Shown here: positions 27,601-42,600 of the stretch, one piece after another | How the letters are laid out: each line of letters begins with the position of its first letter | Position numbering within the stretch: the stretch's first letter is position 1 | Source: Owenia fusiformis | Taxonomy: Eukaryota | DNA length: 64,000 nt | Reading direction: 5' to 3' | Assembly: GCA_903813345.2 (NCBI GenBank) | Contig: CAIIXF020000001.1 | Location: 31,806,001-31,870,000, forward strand | The notes under the pieces: generated by a model | The model's database searches: none | What the model was told of the DNA's origin: nothing | Seen by the model: the letters and a program-made list of their open reading frames with translations, nothing else | Translations under genes and position numbers: made by a program

Positions 27601-30600
27601 CAATATATATAAGTTAGAATAAACCATGAACCCTTTATAAAAGAAGATATTACTTACGAGAAATTGTCATGCTCCAGGCATTGACCGCCTTTGATTCAAA
27701 TGAATCAATGTCTTCTTCTACAAATATCTGTTCCAAATCTATGTAGAAACTAAACTCATCATCACATGGTTTTGCTTTTTCTTCTATCACCTCAAACTGT
27801 TGACCACCTGGACTGAGGAGGTTTATACAAGGTCTGAGGTCAGGCTGGCTTTGAGTATTAGGGTCCATGATTTTGTCATTTCGGACTACTCCATAGAAAA
27901 CTTTCCAAACACCACTTCTGTAAAATATATTTCTTCAAGTTGTAATTAATATTGGTGGTTGACATCAGGTTGCACTAAAGTTGTCATGACAATTGATCAT
28001 ATTGTATTCATTTTCATCATTGAACTGGCTTAAGGATCTTTATTGGCAGTTTTCATGATGACATCACTTAATGAGTATTGGTATATTTGTGAAACATAGC
28101 AGAGTGCATCCTAACTCTGATGGCTTCAAAGTCTTATGTGTGACTCTAGTTCCATCAAAAATGAATTTATCTGCATGGGGAAGTGTTTCTAAAACTTTGG
28201 ATAAAATTTAGTATAGCATACCTCATCACAATATCATCTAAAGATTGTTCAAAAAGTAAAGCTAATTTTGCTCTGAAACTTTTATATTGTACTCCCTGAT
28301 ATTTTACAAATTTGTACAACATTCAGTTTCCTACCAGCTAACCATACTTCATGGCCATTAGATTGATTGGCACAATGGCACAGCACTTTGAACAAGATGC
28401 CCCAGTGTGGCCACCTTCTCGCTTTTTTCAAATCTGAACAGGTTATCAATGATCTGACTACATTTTCCAGCAGGTTTTCAGTTGTCCTAGGGTTATTTTC
28501 CAGCAGGTCTGCAGTTGTCCTAGGGTTATTCTCATACACTCTTATTTTGGTGTATCACCACAGGTTGAAGTTAGGTAGGGACATTTTGGATAATGGGTGC
28601 AGGTTTGCCAAACAGCAATATTGGCCACTAGAGCTGTTGTTTAAAGTGCTGTTACATTATGACTATCAATTTGATTGTCATGAAATAGGCAAAGGGCTAT
28701 AGATATTAAAAAACAAACGGTTAAGAGTAAAAGTAGCCTTACTTATTGAACGACCTGTACTTCTAAGATCAAATGCTTCGATGACAGTAAAATAATTTAA
28801 TGATTCATTAGACAGCTATTTATAACGCCTACATAAGATACCATAGCAACCATATTTTTTCAGAAAAGATGGATACTTGATGGACCATAGAATATTATGT
28901 TTTTATTTTACATACCCTGCGAAAATTTCAAGTAGAATGTCATTAAACTCTTAATTCAATTTAATTTTTTCTCAGAACTTATTGATGAAACTAATACAAT
29001 GTAATATTAATGATATCACATTTTCACTATCTTTAATTTTAATTAAATATACCGGACTTCATAAATTCCAAATGGATGTCTGAATTTCTCATTTTAGTAA
29101 TGATTACTTTTTAATCAGTATATGGACTCAAATTGACACTCAGCTTTTTATGATTTTGAGAGTCAATATCTAAATATTCTACATTGAAAAGTTCTTATTC
29201 TTCAAAATCCAGTTCAGATATGACATGTTAAATGTACTCACCTGTCTTGCGTATATTCCTTGACAAATCCATATTGTGTTATGGTGATGTTTGGTGTAAC
29301 TAATAAAATATAAATATATAAAAAACATAGTACTATATATTGATTTACATGAAGATATATTCAAGCTAGCACTTACTTATAAGAAAAAATAAATATTAAT
29401 AATAATTTGAAAGGACAATAAAACAGTGTACTTAAATGTTGTGTCTACAAATGTGAGTGAAAAATCACATTTTCCAACTGGTTACGTTAATTGTATTAAA
29501 TTTATTTGGCATTAGAGAATGCTTGGATGGAAAACATGATTTGGCTAAATATTTAAGATGTAAATCCACTATATTTTTGGGGTCATCATATATTATATTT
29601 ATTGGACTTACCAGTGCGATTTTCAACACAACTGGTTTCCTCTATTGCATAGGTAACCTTAGGAAGTGTGCTGAAGTTAGCTGCCATAAACAAATGCTCT
29701 CCAATAGGATCACTTGCAATCAGTTCTAACTCTCTCTCTGACAATTCAGCTGTCTCAACACCAACCACAAATACCTCAATATTAGCAGCTTTAGCTGTTG
29801 CTACAGCTGAATCAATAGGTCCATCTTTAGATGCTCCATCCGTGATAAGTAGTGCAATATCAATGGCATCATTTCTGTTGTTTGGTCCCATTATTTCAGA
29901 TGGTAACCTCTCAAAAAGATCCTTTGTATTTGTAGATCCAGATTTTCTAGGTATTAAATCTATTTGAGTGTACATATCAACCTTTTCTGGGTATTCACCC
30001 AGTTTGAAATGTATAGTGACATCATCACTGAATGTTACAACAGCAATTGAGAAGTCCCCACTTAAGTCGCGAATTACATTTTTGGCAAATAGTTTTACTT
30101 TTTCAAAGTCAGAATCAATGACACTTGAAGATGAATCAATGAGTATTGCTAAATCAGCTCTTGCCCTGGTGCAGTTTGTAACTGAAATGGTAACACACAT
30201 ATTTAGCAATTGTTTCATAATATTACTACTATGCCTAAATGTTCTCATTTATATCTTCTATACTATATAACCTACTTAAATACCATTGATATATCCTCTT
30301 CTGGGCTACAATAGCCTTAGAATCTATAGATCAATTAGCCAAAAAAAACATGATACAACACAGGGAAAAGAAAAAAAAGCATTAAATTAATGATATAAAG
30401 TCAGGTCTATAATCACTGGTACTCACCTAGTTACGCTAATGATACGTCAGCGTAACAAGATGGAAGAACTTCAAGGCATGGTTTTCGGTAAGATATTTTT
30501 ATTTCTCAATTCTACACCACATATAAGTCAAGTTGTGGACAATAATTTTGCTCAAAGTTAAGGAAGATAGTCTAGTTTGAGAATATGCAGGCAGTTCTAT

Positions 30601-33600
30601 GTTTGGTATATTAATGAAGACGTAATTCACATATTTAGTCCCTTGCTTTTGTTACATTGACGATCTTCAGGAATATTGTCACATTGGCAATATCAAATTA
30701 TTATTATAGCCAAATTATTGTCCACAACTTGACTTATATGTGGTGTAGAATTGAGAAATAAAAATATCTTACCGTAAACGAAGCCCGGAAGTTCTTCCAT
30801 CTTGTTACGCTGACGATATGTCAACGTAACTAGGTGAGTACCAGTGATAATGTACATAAAAATGACGTACCAGATCCCTTATTCTCCCAGCATGTCTTGA
30901 TGGCTTCAGTTAAATTGGCAATTGGTAACAATGATGGTATCCTATTTAGATACACTGTGTATAATTCATCTATTGGTTTGTATGCTGGATCTTTCTCACA
31001 AAGTGTGTAATTATCACCTTTGGGATTTTGCACATTGATTTCACCAACTTTAAACTTTTCCTCAAGTTCAATAACTGAAGCATCTCCGAGAGAATCAATT
31101 CCAATAATTGAATATTTGAGTCGCCATTGCCTGTCACTAAAAAATGAAGAGATTTGACATTCAGTTTTCTGATGTTAACTATGAGTGATATGTAGTATGA
31201 GTGATATCATTGATTTAATGTATGAATTAAATAGAATACATATCTTAACATTCAATGGATAATGTTGTCCTTCTGGCACACATTAATTTCATTGGTCAGT
31301 ATAATAACTTTAATAGTATTATATTATTTATTTCACATTAATAGTGATCTACCTACCCATCCGTATTTCTGAATTCAATGTTTTCTTCTAGTTCAATCTC
31401 TATATCACAATTGCATTGGGTCACTTCTGTAAATCAAATACATTTATTATCTTTTTTATCATGCCATAAACAACTGCTGAACTGAATAAGGATGTTCGAT
31501 TAATCAGATATAGTTATTATTTTACTGTATTTTGTAATACTTTTTTGTATTTCTCACTTGGCAGATGTGCTTACATATTTATCTTTATCGTTAATAAGCT
31601 GTTATAAAATATTCTAGGAGCTAGGCCTATACATGCATTTTAGTTTTTTTGGTAAACAATATTGGTTTATACATCCAAATTATTTTACCCCTTTCTTGAT
31701 AAATTTCATATTAAGACATTATGTAGCAAATACTTACCAGAAAGGCCAGATTGAAGGACCTTCATTTTTATGTATTGTTTTATGTCATCATAGTTAAGGG
31801 GTGACAGAAGAGTTGTCAAGCAAAGACTTGTGTCACTTGGTGGTGGGATCTGGCAGTTCTGACCACTGTATCCATCAGTGCAGTTGCATTCATAGCTGCT
31901 TCCAACATTTTCACATGTTCCATTATGTTTGCATGGTGAACTGGCACATGCATTAACAGGTTCATCACATAGATCACCAGTGAAACCTGCCTTACATTCA
32001 TTACATCGCTCACCTGCAAAACATTTCAGTTGAATTTGAAGAGCCCTTATGTTAACTTGCACTAAATGATTAACATTTTAAGATATTGAAAAGTCGCTAA
32101 CAATCCATGAAGCTGTTCACTGTCTCTAACATGTTTTCTTTTAGAATAATTTATTTATTTATACCTGCAAATTGAGGTGGACATATGCACTCAAGTGCTA
32201 ATCCAGTGGCATTGCAAGTAGCTCCATTCAAACAAGGGTTTGGATCACAATCAATTATTTCAGTTTCACATCTGTCTCCTGTGTAGTTTGTAGAGCAGTT
32301 ACATGTAAAGGCTAGCATTGTTGGATGTTCCTCACATGTTCCTCCATTCAAACATGATGACTCATTACACATTGTGATCCTCACTCCACATGTTTCACCA
32401 GTGTATAATTCAGTGCAATTACACGTCACATTGTGACCAAAGTTGGAGTCAGTACAAGTTGCATTATTTTCACATGGAGATGAGCTACATCCAGGTTTGA
32501 TTTCTGTTTCACATGTTTCCCCAGTTGTATCTGGGAGACACTTGCAGTTAAAATTAACTGCGTCTATATTTTCACAAGTTGCATTGTTGGAGCATGGGTC
32601 ATTCTCACAAGGTTTTGGTATGTCAGCATCACATTGTTTTCCACCCCATCCAGGTGAACATGTGCATGTAAAGTTATCATATCTCACATTCTCACATGTA
32701 CCATTGTTGAAGCATGGTGAACTATCACATGGCATGATACGGATCTCACAGTTCCTACCTTTGAAACCTACAACAAATATTATGCCTCAGACAAAATAGT
32801 AGACAACTTATGTATTAAATAAATCCAAATCCACAATGGAGTTCATGGAGAGCCTTAGATGAGTACACATTTAACTTTTTGATGTTTAATATTTTGTTTT
32901 TACCTTTTAGACAGCAACAGTATTTAGAATTTTCACCTCCAATAGTATCAACCAGACATTTCCCTTTGTTCTTGCAGAAACCTAAAATAGTCAAGTACAG
33001 CAGCTGACTAAATGAAGTCACATATCTCATATGACCTTTATATGGTATATTTGTTATAATTATTAAACATGATATAAACAATGTGATGTATGGATGATGA
33101 GTCATTTTATCATTTATTCTTCAAAATACTTGTTTTTTCTTTTATGAAATTAGCAAGCCCCCATGGTGGACAAATCCTCAGATGGCACTCTTTGTTTATA
33201 CACAAGTTCAATTGTTTCAAAAATGACTAAAGGGATGCCATATGTAAATTCTGTCAATGATCAGAGAAGTCCATGATATTATGCACTGGTTGCAAAATAT
33301 CATTATTACATATTTACATATTCCCTTGGTTGATATGCTAGATATTTTACCCTGATGATATATCTAATCCAACCAAATGCATTTTCCATAATGTATTTTG
33401 TATATGTTTCTTTGTATCCTCAGAAAACCATACCTTGTCTTTCTAGTGTTAAGTTAGTACATCCATTGTCTCCCAGAACATCAATCTGAGCTTGAGATGC
33501 CATGGTATCATTATAATCAATATCGGAAATTGCCAGTCCAATAGGGGAATACACACTAGGAGGATCACCCACCCAATCACCAGATGCTAGGTATAATTTC

Positions 33601-36600
33601 CGTTCAGGTTCCGGTTGATAAATTCCTGAGAAGGTATTTGTATATGTATATATTTCCTCTTCATGGATTGTGAATGATATGGTACCATTGTGGATGAGAT
33701 TATATCGATTGATATTCACCAATATGCTCACACTGCTTCCATTACACACCATGGAGCCCTCCCAAGTGCCAGACAGATCTAAAATTTCAAAATATTAATT
33801 TGTTATGTCCAGCCTTATCTGATATTTTTGATTGGTCCAAACATATGTCATGGAAGTTACGTCATGCAAGAATAAAAATATATATATATGCTAAATAAAA
33901 ATATATACTGAATAAAAGCATATGCTAAAATCCTATGTTATGACTTCACCTTATAAGAAACAAAAGGCTTTGGATACATTTGACTTGTAACTTCTCAAAA
34001 GTATTACTTTGAACCATATTTGCAAGCTCCTACCTGTTGGTAATTCTTTAGGGCAAAAGTCACGATCATCAACTCTTGTAGTACATTCATCCCCTCTCCA
34101 ACCATCCAAGCAAACTTTACCTCCATTTTCATCACATGTGTAGTGACCCCTACATGTGTCTTGTGGTTTACAATATACATCACATACATTTCCATAGAAG
34201 TAGTTACTGCAGGTGCATTCAAACTCCCCACCAATAGAGGTCTCATTGCATGTCCCATTGTTGAGACAGGGGGCTGATTCACATCCAAAGAGGATTTCAT
34301 TTTCGCAATATCTTCCAGTGAAGTTAGTTGGGCATATACACAAGAAATCTCTATTTTCAATATCCTCACAGGTTGCATTGTTTTCACATTGTTGCAACTG
34401 GCATCCATATGGAATTGACTCATTACACAATGTCCCATTAAAAAACTCAGTACAATTACATGTATAGTTTCCATCTGGGAGGTTGACACATGTGGCATTA
34501 TTGTAACATGGCTTGGCATCACATGGCATGGGAACAGTTTCATTACATGTGTCACCCATAAATTCGTCAGTACAATTGCATCTATAGTTTCCATCTGGGA
34601 GGTTGACACATGTGGCATTGTTGTAGCATGGCTTGGCATCACATGGCATGGGAACAGTTTCATTACACCGTACACCCATAAATTGTTCAGTACAATTACA
34701 TGTGAAATTTCCATCTGGCAGATCAATGCAAGTTCCATTGTTGTCACAGGGTTTAAGATCACACATGGTCATTTTAGTTACATTGCAAAACTTCCCTTCG
34801 AATTTCCCAGTGCAGTTACAAGTAAAGTTTCCATCGGTTAAGTCAATACAGGTGGCATTATTGTAACATTGGTTTGGATCACAAATATCAGGGATGGTTT
34901 CATTGCATAGTGGGCCCATATACATATTTGTACATTCACATGTAAAATTGCCAGATCCTTCTACACATGTTGCCTCATTAAAACATGGGTTACTTGCACA
35001 ATAGAGTGGTGTCTCACATTTTTGTCCTGTGAAGTAGCTAGTACAGTTACATGTTCCAAAGCCATTATCATTTTCATAACAAGTACCATTGTTCAAACAA
35101 CTAGTTGGCTTGCATCCTTTTGTCTTCTCAGTCTCGCAATTGTCCCCACCAAAGGATGAAAGACAATTACAAGTATAGTTATTGAATAATCCATTCTCAC
35201 ACGTGCCGTTGTTTTGACAAGGTGAGCTTTCACATGGGTTAATCTCCATGTCACAAGTGACTCCTGTGAAATATTCAGGGCAATCACATGTAAAGTTGCC
35301 ATCTGGATTATCAAAACAGGTAGCATTTCCAAAGCATGGTGTAGCACTACATGGAAGGGGGGTTTGGCATGTTGGGCCAGTGAATCCTTCGGGGCAAATA
35401 CAGTCATATGTTGTAGCTGATGTTGCATTACATGTTGCGTTGTTGGGACAGGAGTTAAGATCACATGGTGAGATTTGAATCTCACACGAAACACCATCAA
35501 AACCTGAAAGGAGAGCAACATTATGTGATACTAAGTGCTTATCTATTTGTGTTCTTTTATTGTTATTTTTAATACACTTTTAAATACCACATTACTATTG
35601 TGAAACTAGAATATGTAAAAATTTAGCTGATTATCCAGACAGTATTCTTACAAACACCATTTTCTGTTTAAGACTCAAAATGCTTCACGATTTAGTTGAT
35701 TTTCAGTTAAATTCTTTTTCTAAAGTTACCATTTTTACGATGAGCTCAAACTGCTTACCTTCAGGGCAACAGCAATATTCTGATGTACCATTTCTTGCAC
35801 ATTGTCCTCCATTCTGACATTTCTGTTCTGTAATAAAATTGTAATCGTAAACTCATGTTGTTGTCTTGACGCTTCAAGTATTTATATATCATTCAAGGCA
35901 ATTTTGCTCTTTAATCCATTTTAGAGTATACTTAATTATTTACATGTTACAAGGAGGATTTGCTCCCAGAATGCAATCTCAATATTTTACAACAATCAAT
36001 TTAAATGATGAAATTGAATATGTAAAAGGCAGTAAATAGATAGGTTAAGCATCACTACTGGATTTCATCTGTCCCACATCATTTGAGACTGAACATATAC
36101 TAGCATCTACAACTGTCTTTGATGTTATGAGTATTGACTATCAATTTTTCAACATGTATGTAATGACTTTAGTATGAATGAAATTTCCCTTGGTGTTCTT
36201 GTCCTGGATTCTGATATTGGGCTCTCTATTGGAGGTGGAAGGGGGTGTTCGATATTGGTTTTGGGATATACAAAGTCTATTTTTCTTATAACAGGTTTAC
36301 ACTGAGAGTTTGCTTTTCTTGGTAGGTTTCTTTACAGTTCTTCCTTTAGCACTTGTGGTGAGATATATAACAATGTAAAACAGGTTTTTCAGGATGTGAT
36401 GTCAAATTCAAGACACATGTTAAGTTCTTTAGAGTATAAATGCTTCAAGTATTCTGGAATCATATATCATATATACTGTGCTATCATTTAAATGAACAAG
36501 TATGCAATCCTGGCCTTTTCCTGTACCTATAATGCTAAAGACTGTTTGAGCAGCCATTTTAAGGTAGAACTTCACTGTCAAACGACATTTTTCTACAATT

Positions 36601-39600
36601 CAGAATTTCTTTGAAAAAATAGAGATGAAAGATACATCTGCTATTTCAATAACGCCGTCCAAGTATTGCAAAAACGTAATGAAAAATCCATGGACCCGGA
36701 AATAAAAAGTGATTGCGTTTTGTGGACGCAGTGCAAGCCATACTCATACAATCAACTTTGGATGAATGATTTGATAAAGATCTTACCTTCAGTCTCTTTA
36801 TTTCGTCAGAATCCAATAAATAATTGAAGAAAATTCTATTTCTAAAAGAAATAAAATTTTCTTTCGAAATTTCCTTCCCGGAAGTTGATTTCTGATCGAA
36901 ATAGTACGAGGCATGTGATAGGACAAAAATTTATACAATACTCGATTTCCGAGCAGTAATCAGTATGAGTCCTACGATTGGCCGGTAGCTTAAGACCTGA
37001 TTCAAACCATTTTCAATTGGTCAAGTGTGATCACGTGATCATTATTTGAGACTGCATATGCGCAAGAAACTGAACTAAAAAGTTGAACCTCGCGCAGATT
37101 GCCCCTAAACTAAACATGCTAAAGCAAAATCAATAGCAAATTGTTTCGAAATTCGCAAGGAAAAGGTGTTTTAAATGGGAGAATATAAGTTATGATGGTA
37201 TCTGTATCATTCAATGACATACTAGACTTGCAAGAACGCTGATTCAGACCGATAAATAGCAAAAGCAGTGGTACAAAATTTCATCAATTTATTTCATCCA
37301 GTGTAAAAACGTGACTTTTGAATTCCCGGGAACATTTTTTCAAGGGACGCAGTTTTTTGAAGGGAGACGCATTTTTTGAAAATCATTACGTCCAAGGGAC
37401 GCAATTTTGGACAAGCCTACTGAAAACACTGATACATGTATATTGTATACTGATGAATTACAAAATATGTGAAAATCAGAAATATTGACTGTCTGGTTGT
37501 TTCTAGAAATATATTTTGAATTAACATGGGTTTCAATGAGAAAATGGATTTTTCAAATTAAAAAAATTGCAAAATTCAGTTTCTCATCAAAAAATTATGG
37601 TCATTATATGGAAAACCAAAGTTATTTGGAAAAATATTGATGAAAATTCACTGTCTGGATCTTGTGAAAAAAATAAAGTAACTTTATGAATATTATGAAT
37701 CAGTGGGGTATTATTAGACTCCAGATTGAAAATCTGGAGTCTATTGCTTTTGCCAGTTTTCTTATTATTATTATTCTTTCTTTGCGCGTTTTCTCAGCAA
37801 CTAGAGGGACTTTCTGAAATCTGCTTACATGGTTAAATAGGTAATGAGACCTAGTTTCTGGGAAATTAGGTCAAATTTTTATCTAGGTCAAAGGTCAAAA
37901 TCTAGGTCAAATTATCATTTTGTCAATTATCTCTGTCATTTTTCAATATTTTTTCAAAATTTTTTTTTTAACGTGTAGCCAAGAAAAAGAGGATTCGACT
38001 GTGAGTAATCAGTTTTTTGATTACTTTTACCGATTTTGAGATATTGCGTCCGGAAAGTAGGTCAAACGAAAAAGTTCTCCAAATTCAACGTATGAGTTAT
38101 GAAATAAGTGTAAAATTTCCTCAGGAATCCAAATCTGCCAACTAAATTACGATCTGACTTCCGGTTCGGAAGCTATAGCGTTTCGAAATTGCTAAATTTG
38201 GTGCCCATGTTAAGCCAATGGGAAAAAAGACTTTTTCGAAGTGTAAAATACAAGATATAGACTGAGTACAGCTTAACATAATGAATGCCCATAAAAGAAG
38301 GGGGCCTCAAAAGCTACCTAGCTTCAAAATTTGGACATCAAAATGCCTAGGTCAAAATCTAGGTCAAATTTATTGTTTTTCCTTATTTTTACGATTCCGA
38401 CACTACACTTTAATAATTTTCTTCAAAATTTTGTATACAGGTAGCCAAAAGTGTGCTAATAGTGTAAGCCTTTTGCCGTCAGAAAGTATTTTGACCCACT
38501 TTTGAGATATGGTGTCCGAAAAGTAGGTCAAACTAAAAAGTTCTCCGAATTTAACGTATGAGTTATGAATTGAGGGTAGAATTTTCTCAGGAATCCAAAT
38601 CTGCAAACCAAATTTTAATCCGACTTTTGGTTTGGAATTTATGTCGTTTTGAAAGCTCAAAAATCGCTAAATTTGGTGCACCATGTTATGGCAATGGGAA
38701 AAAAGATTTTTTTGAAGTGTAAAATACGAGATAAAGACTGAGTACAGCTTCACATAATGAAAGCCTATCAAAGAAAGGGACCTCAAAAGCTAGCTAGCTT
38801 CACAATTTGGTCACCAAAATGCCTAGGTCAAAATCTGGTTCAAATTTATAGTTTTAACTTATTTTTGCGATTCTGACACTACACTTTAATTATTTGCTTC
38901 AAAATTTTGTATACATGTAGCAAAGAGTGTGCTAATAGTGTTAGCCTTTTGCCGTCAGAAAGTATTTTGACCCACTTTTGAGATATAGTGTCCGAAAAGT
39001 AGGTCAACATGAAAGTTTCTCCAAATTTAACGTATGAGTTATGAATTAAGGGTAGAATTTTCTCAGGAATCAGAATCTTTAAACCAAATTTCGATCCAAC
39101 TTCTGATTAGATAGTTATAGCGGTTTGAAGTCTCGAAAAGTCGATATGATGATATCCCCATGTTAAGCCAATGGAGTCGAAGATAACATTCTTAAGAGTT
39201 GTCTAAATGTCTATATTCTAGCTGACTCAGCTTATTCTGAATGACTCAGCTTACAAGTATTTGGATGACTCAGCTTAAAAAAGTATTAAATCTGGAGTCT
39301 TAAATTGAACTTGTTCAATTTACATGTCTAGTTATTGTTCCATTGTATATAATGACTCATATTGCCCTGATGTCTTGATAGATCAGCATGAGTGTGTCAT
39401 ATAAAAGGAGATCAAGAAAATGTGTTGTGGACTGTAAAGAAAATGTGAAATTAGATTTTTTCAGGTTTCAAACCCTCTTTTGGGGTATAAAATTAAAAAC
39501 CCATTCAATTTCCCAGGCATCAAATCAATTGCGTCGCACAAATCAACAAAAACCAATTTTCGTTTTTGGCCTAAGGGATGCACAAACTGACTGCGCAATG

Positions 39601-42600
39601 GACATTGAAGTTCTACCTTAAATGAATCGTCATGCAAATGTTTTAACTATTGCAGGCCCAAATATTGCATTATAGTAATAATGTGTAGAAAACATAATAT
39701 TGGGATTGGGATGAAAGTAGGCACATTTTTCATAGTTTATTCTAGATTTAGCATTTTGTCTAATTTAAGGTATGGCATTGTACTGGACAATACCAGATAT
39801 TGACTGATCTTGCCTAGGATGCTCATGTCTTTACATGGAGTGAACCATCAAAATCTAAACCAGCCATAATTTATAATGGCTGTTAATTATTGCGTTTTCT
39901 GAACTATGGCTCAATGGTTTTCCATAGATTGATGCTAATAAAATGCTTTACATATATTTCATGTAAACTATTTCAATTATTTCAAATACAATGATGATGT
40001 ATTTAATAAAAAGTAAACAGTACTTTAGCGAGAAATTTGATTCAACTTTCATTACTATACAGTATGGTTTTGTTTTAAAACATTGTGCATTGAAAAAGAT
40101 TTATCTTTTTCTGTCTAATTACCTGATTTTCTGTATATGGTTAATGGACTGTCATCGCAGTCCATCTCACCATCCCGAATGGTCTTAAAGTCCTCATCAA
40201 TGCTTGCACCAAAAAATGAAATATCTGAGTATGTGCTCCCAGGATTAACAATCCATGATGTTTTAATCAAACTCATCTCTCCATCTTCTCTTAGGAGGAG
40301 AATAATACTATGATTTCCAATAAATACACCAGCATCATATAAATCAACAGCACCAGTCCAGAAATCACCACTTTGTATTAAAACATGAAGTTCGAAGGTC
40401 ATATCCTTACCATCGCACATGTAATTAGCAACCCAAGAGCCCTTTACATCTACAAAATGTAAAGAAACTTGTTAATTTAACTATTTCTGAAATCAAAATG
40501 TAATAAAAACATTTTCAGTAAAAAATTGGACTGAAAGGAGGATGTTTGGTAACATTAATGGTATCAAAATATTTTTAACTAAATTCTTGATTAGATAAGA
40601 AAATGTGTAACATTTATGAATTTGTGTTGTACTTTTTTTGTAATTTCCTTCTTTGTCACTTAAATAACTTATCGAATGATATTCTGTAAAAGAGGACTTT
40701 TTAAGAAGAGCTTTTTAGATGAGTTTTACTCCCAACAAATGAAGTTCATTAGGGATATTATATAGTGAAGCCCTCTGTCCGTCTGTCAGTCCGTCTTTCC
40801 GTCTGGAAGATAACTCGAATACTAGCAGACAAATTTTGTTCATATTTGGTGGAAAGATGTATATTGGTTAATAAAATAATTTCCAGGATGGCCACCAGTT
40901 TAAGAATGGTGGTAATTTTTTTTTTCATGAAAATCTTAAGTTTTTATTTTAAACCAAAGTAATAAATATTATTTTTAAAAATTTGACAATATATTTACAA
41001 CATCTATCTATTTTATTTTTATTCTGAGTTTTTCACCATGACCCCCAGGGGCCGTGTTTCGGGAAAATAGTAATTTGCATTAATTTTGAGATCTTTCTGA
41101 AGTATAGCTTTTATACTCCAATGAAAGGCAGTTTAGAGTAGATTGCAAATATTGTATCGTTTTTGTAATTTGGGCCTCGTAAAATTCAAAATGGCCATTT
41201 TATGTCTGATGTCTTCAGAGTATGGCTATAATTACTCAAATTAAAGGAATTTTAGGATAGATCATTATTATGGTATTGTTTTTCTGATATTTACCTCAGA
41301 AAATTCAAAATGGCTGCCAACAGGAATTTGCGTTAATTTTGAGATCTCTCTGAAGTATAGCTTTATAATACTTAAATGAAAGGCAATCTAGAGTAGATTG
41401 CAAATATTGTATCATTTTTCTGATATGGGCCTCGTAAAATTCAAAAGATCTCTTCAAAGTATGGCTATATTATTCTCAAATTGAAGGAAACTTGGGCAGA
41501 TCACTGTTATGGTATTGTTTTCCTGATTTGCACCTCAGAAAATTCAAATTAACTTTATTATTTGTGCCTTTGAAACTCTTAAATGGTCACCCAAATGTTT
41601 AAATTGGTAGAAAGTCTGATATTTCTCTGAAGTTTGTATTTTTGTGACAAATATAGATTCATATATTCATTGAGATTTGCTACTCCATGGAGTTGCCGTT
41701 TTCTAGTTAATCATTTAAATCATCACTATGAAACAATATCGGTGATGAGGTGTAATTTGTAATTTCTGAATTATCAAATTGAAAAAAATTATCTGACCAA
41801 TAATGATGATCTGGCCATTATTTACTACAAATTTCTGATCATTATATGAATTCAAAACACTGAATTTATGGGGATGAAAATTTCAGACAAGGTCCTTTTA
41901 TTTTAAAACAAAAAAAACAGGCAAATGATGTAATCATAATGCTATCAAATCAAATGGATCAAATGGACCACATTACATAGTGTAAAGAAAATGGATCTTA
42001 CCAGTAAAATTAGTATTTGAAGGACAGTGTGAATAGGATGGGTCTGCCTCTTTACAGTTATTTCCACTCCACCCAAGAAGACACACTTTAGCACCAACTT
42101 CATTACATTTGAAGTGCCCATTACATGTATCCTCTTCCTCACAGTACACATCACACAGTGGTCCATAATAGTTATCAGCACAAGTACAATTTGGACTCCC
42201 ATTGCTGTTTTCATGACACACACCTCCATTTTGACAGGGGTCACTGTTGCATCCCAATGGCTAGAACATGCAGTAATCCCATTAAAGCCATAATATTTAC
42301 TGTTCATGAAGAGAGATTTACAAGTAATAATAAAAAAGATATAATGCATGCGCGCATGTATTATGAAATATGCACAATTTGACACATTTATATTTAGTTT
42401 GTCATATCCTCATTTTAATTGTACTTGGAATGATAGTAATGTACATATTTTTCAAGGTATGATTTAAACTGCCATTTTAATGTCAATTTTACAGTATTTT
42501 CGTCACAATATATAGAACTGTGTTATTAATATTTTAGAAATAATACAGAATTTAAAAGAAATATGGTTGTCATCTTGAATGCTGGTCATAACATACTATT

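Noticed and set aside
28282..28760. ORFs 28282-28539 and 28367-28702 as genes
   Set aside because: No coherent domain or fitting splice phase; a nearby ACTTATTGAACGACCTG matches the mariner TIR, so this is probably a decayed transposon.
34004..34762. Alternative-frame 252-aa minus-strand ORF
   Set aside because: Off-frame reading of the EGF exon; the Met/Val-rich pattern is a by-product of TGT/AAT codons.
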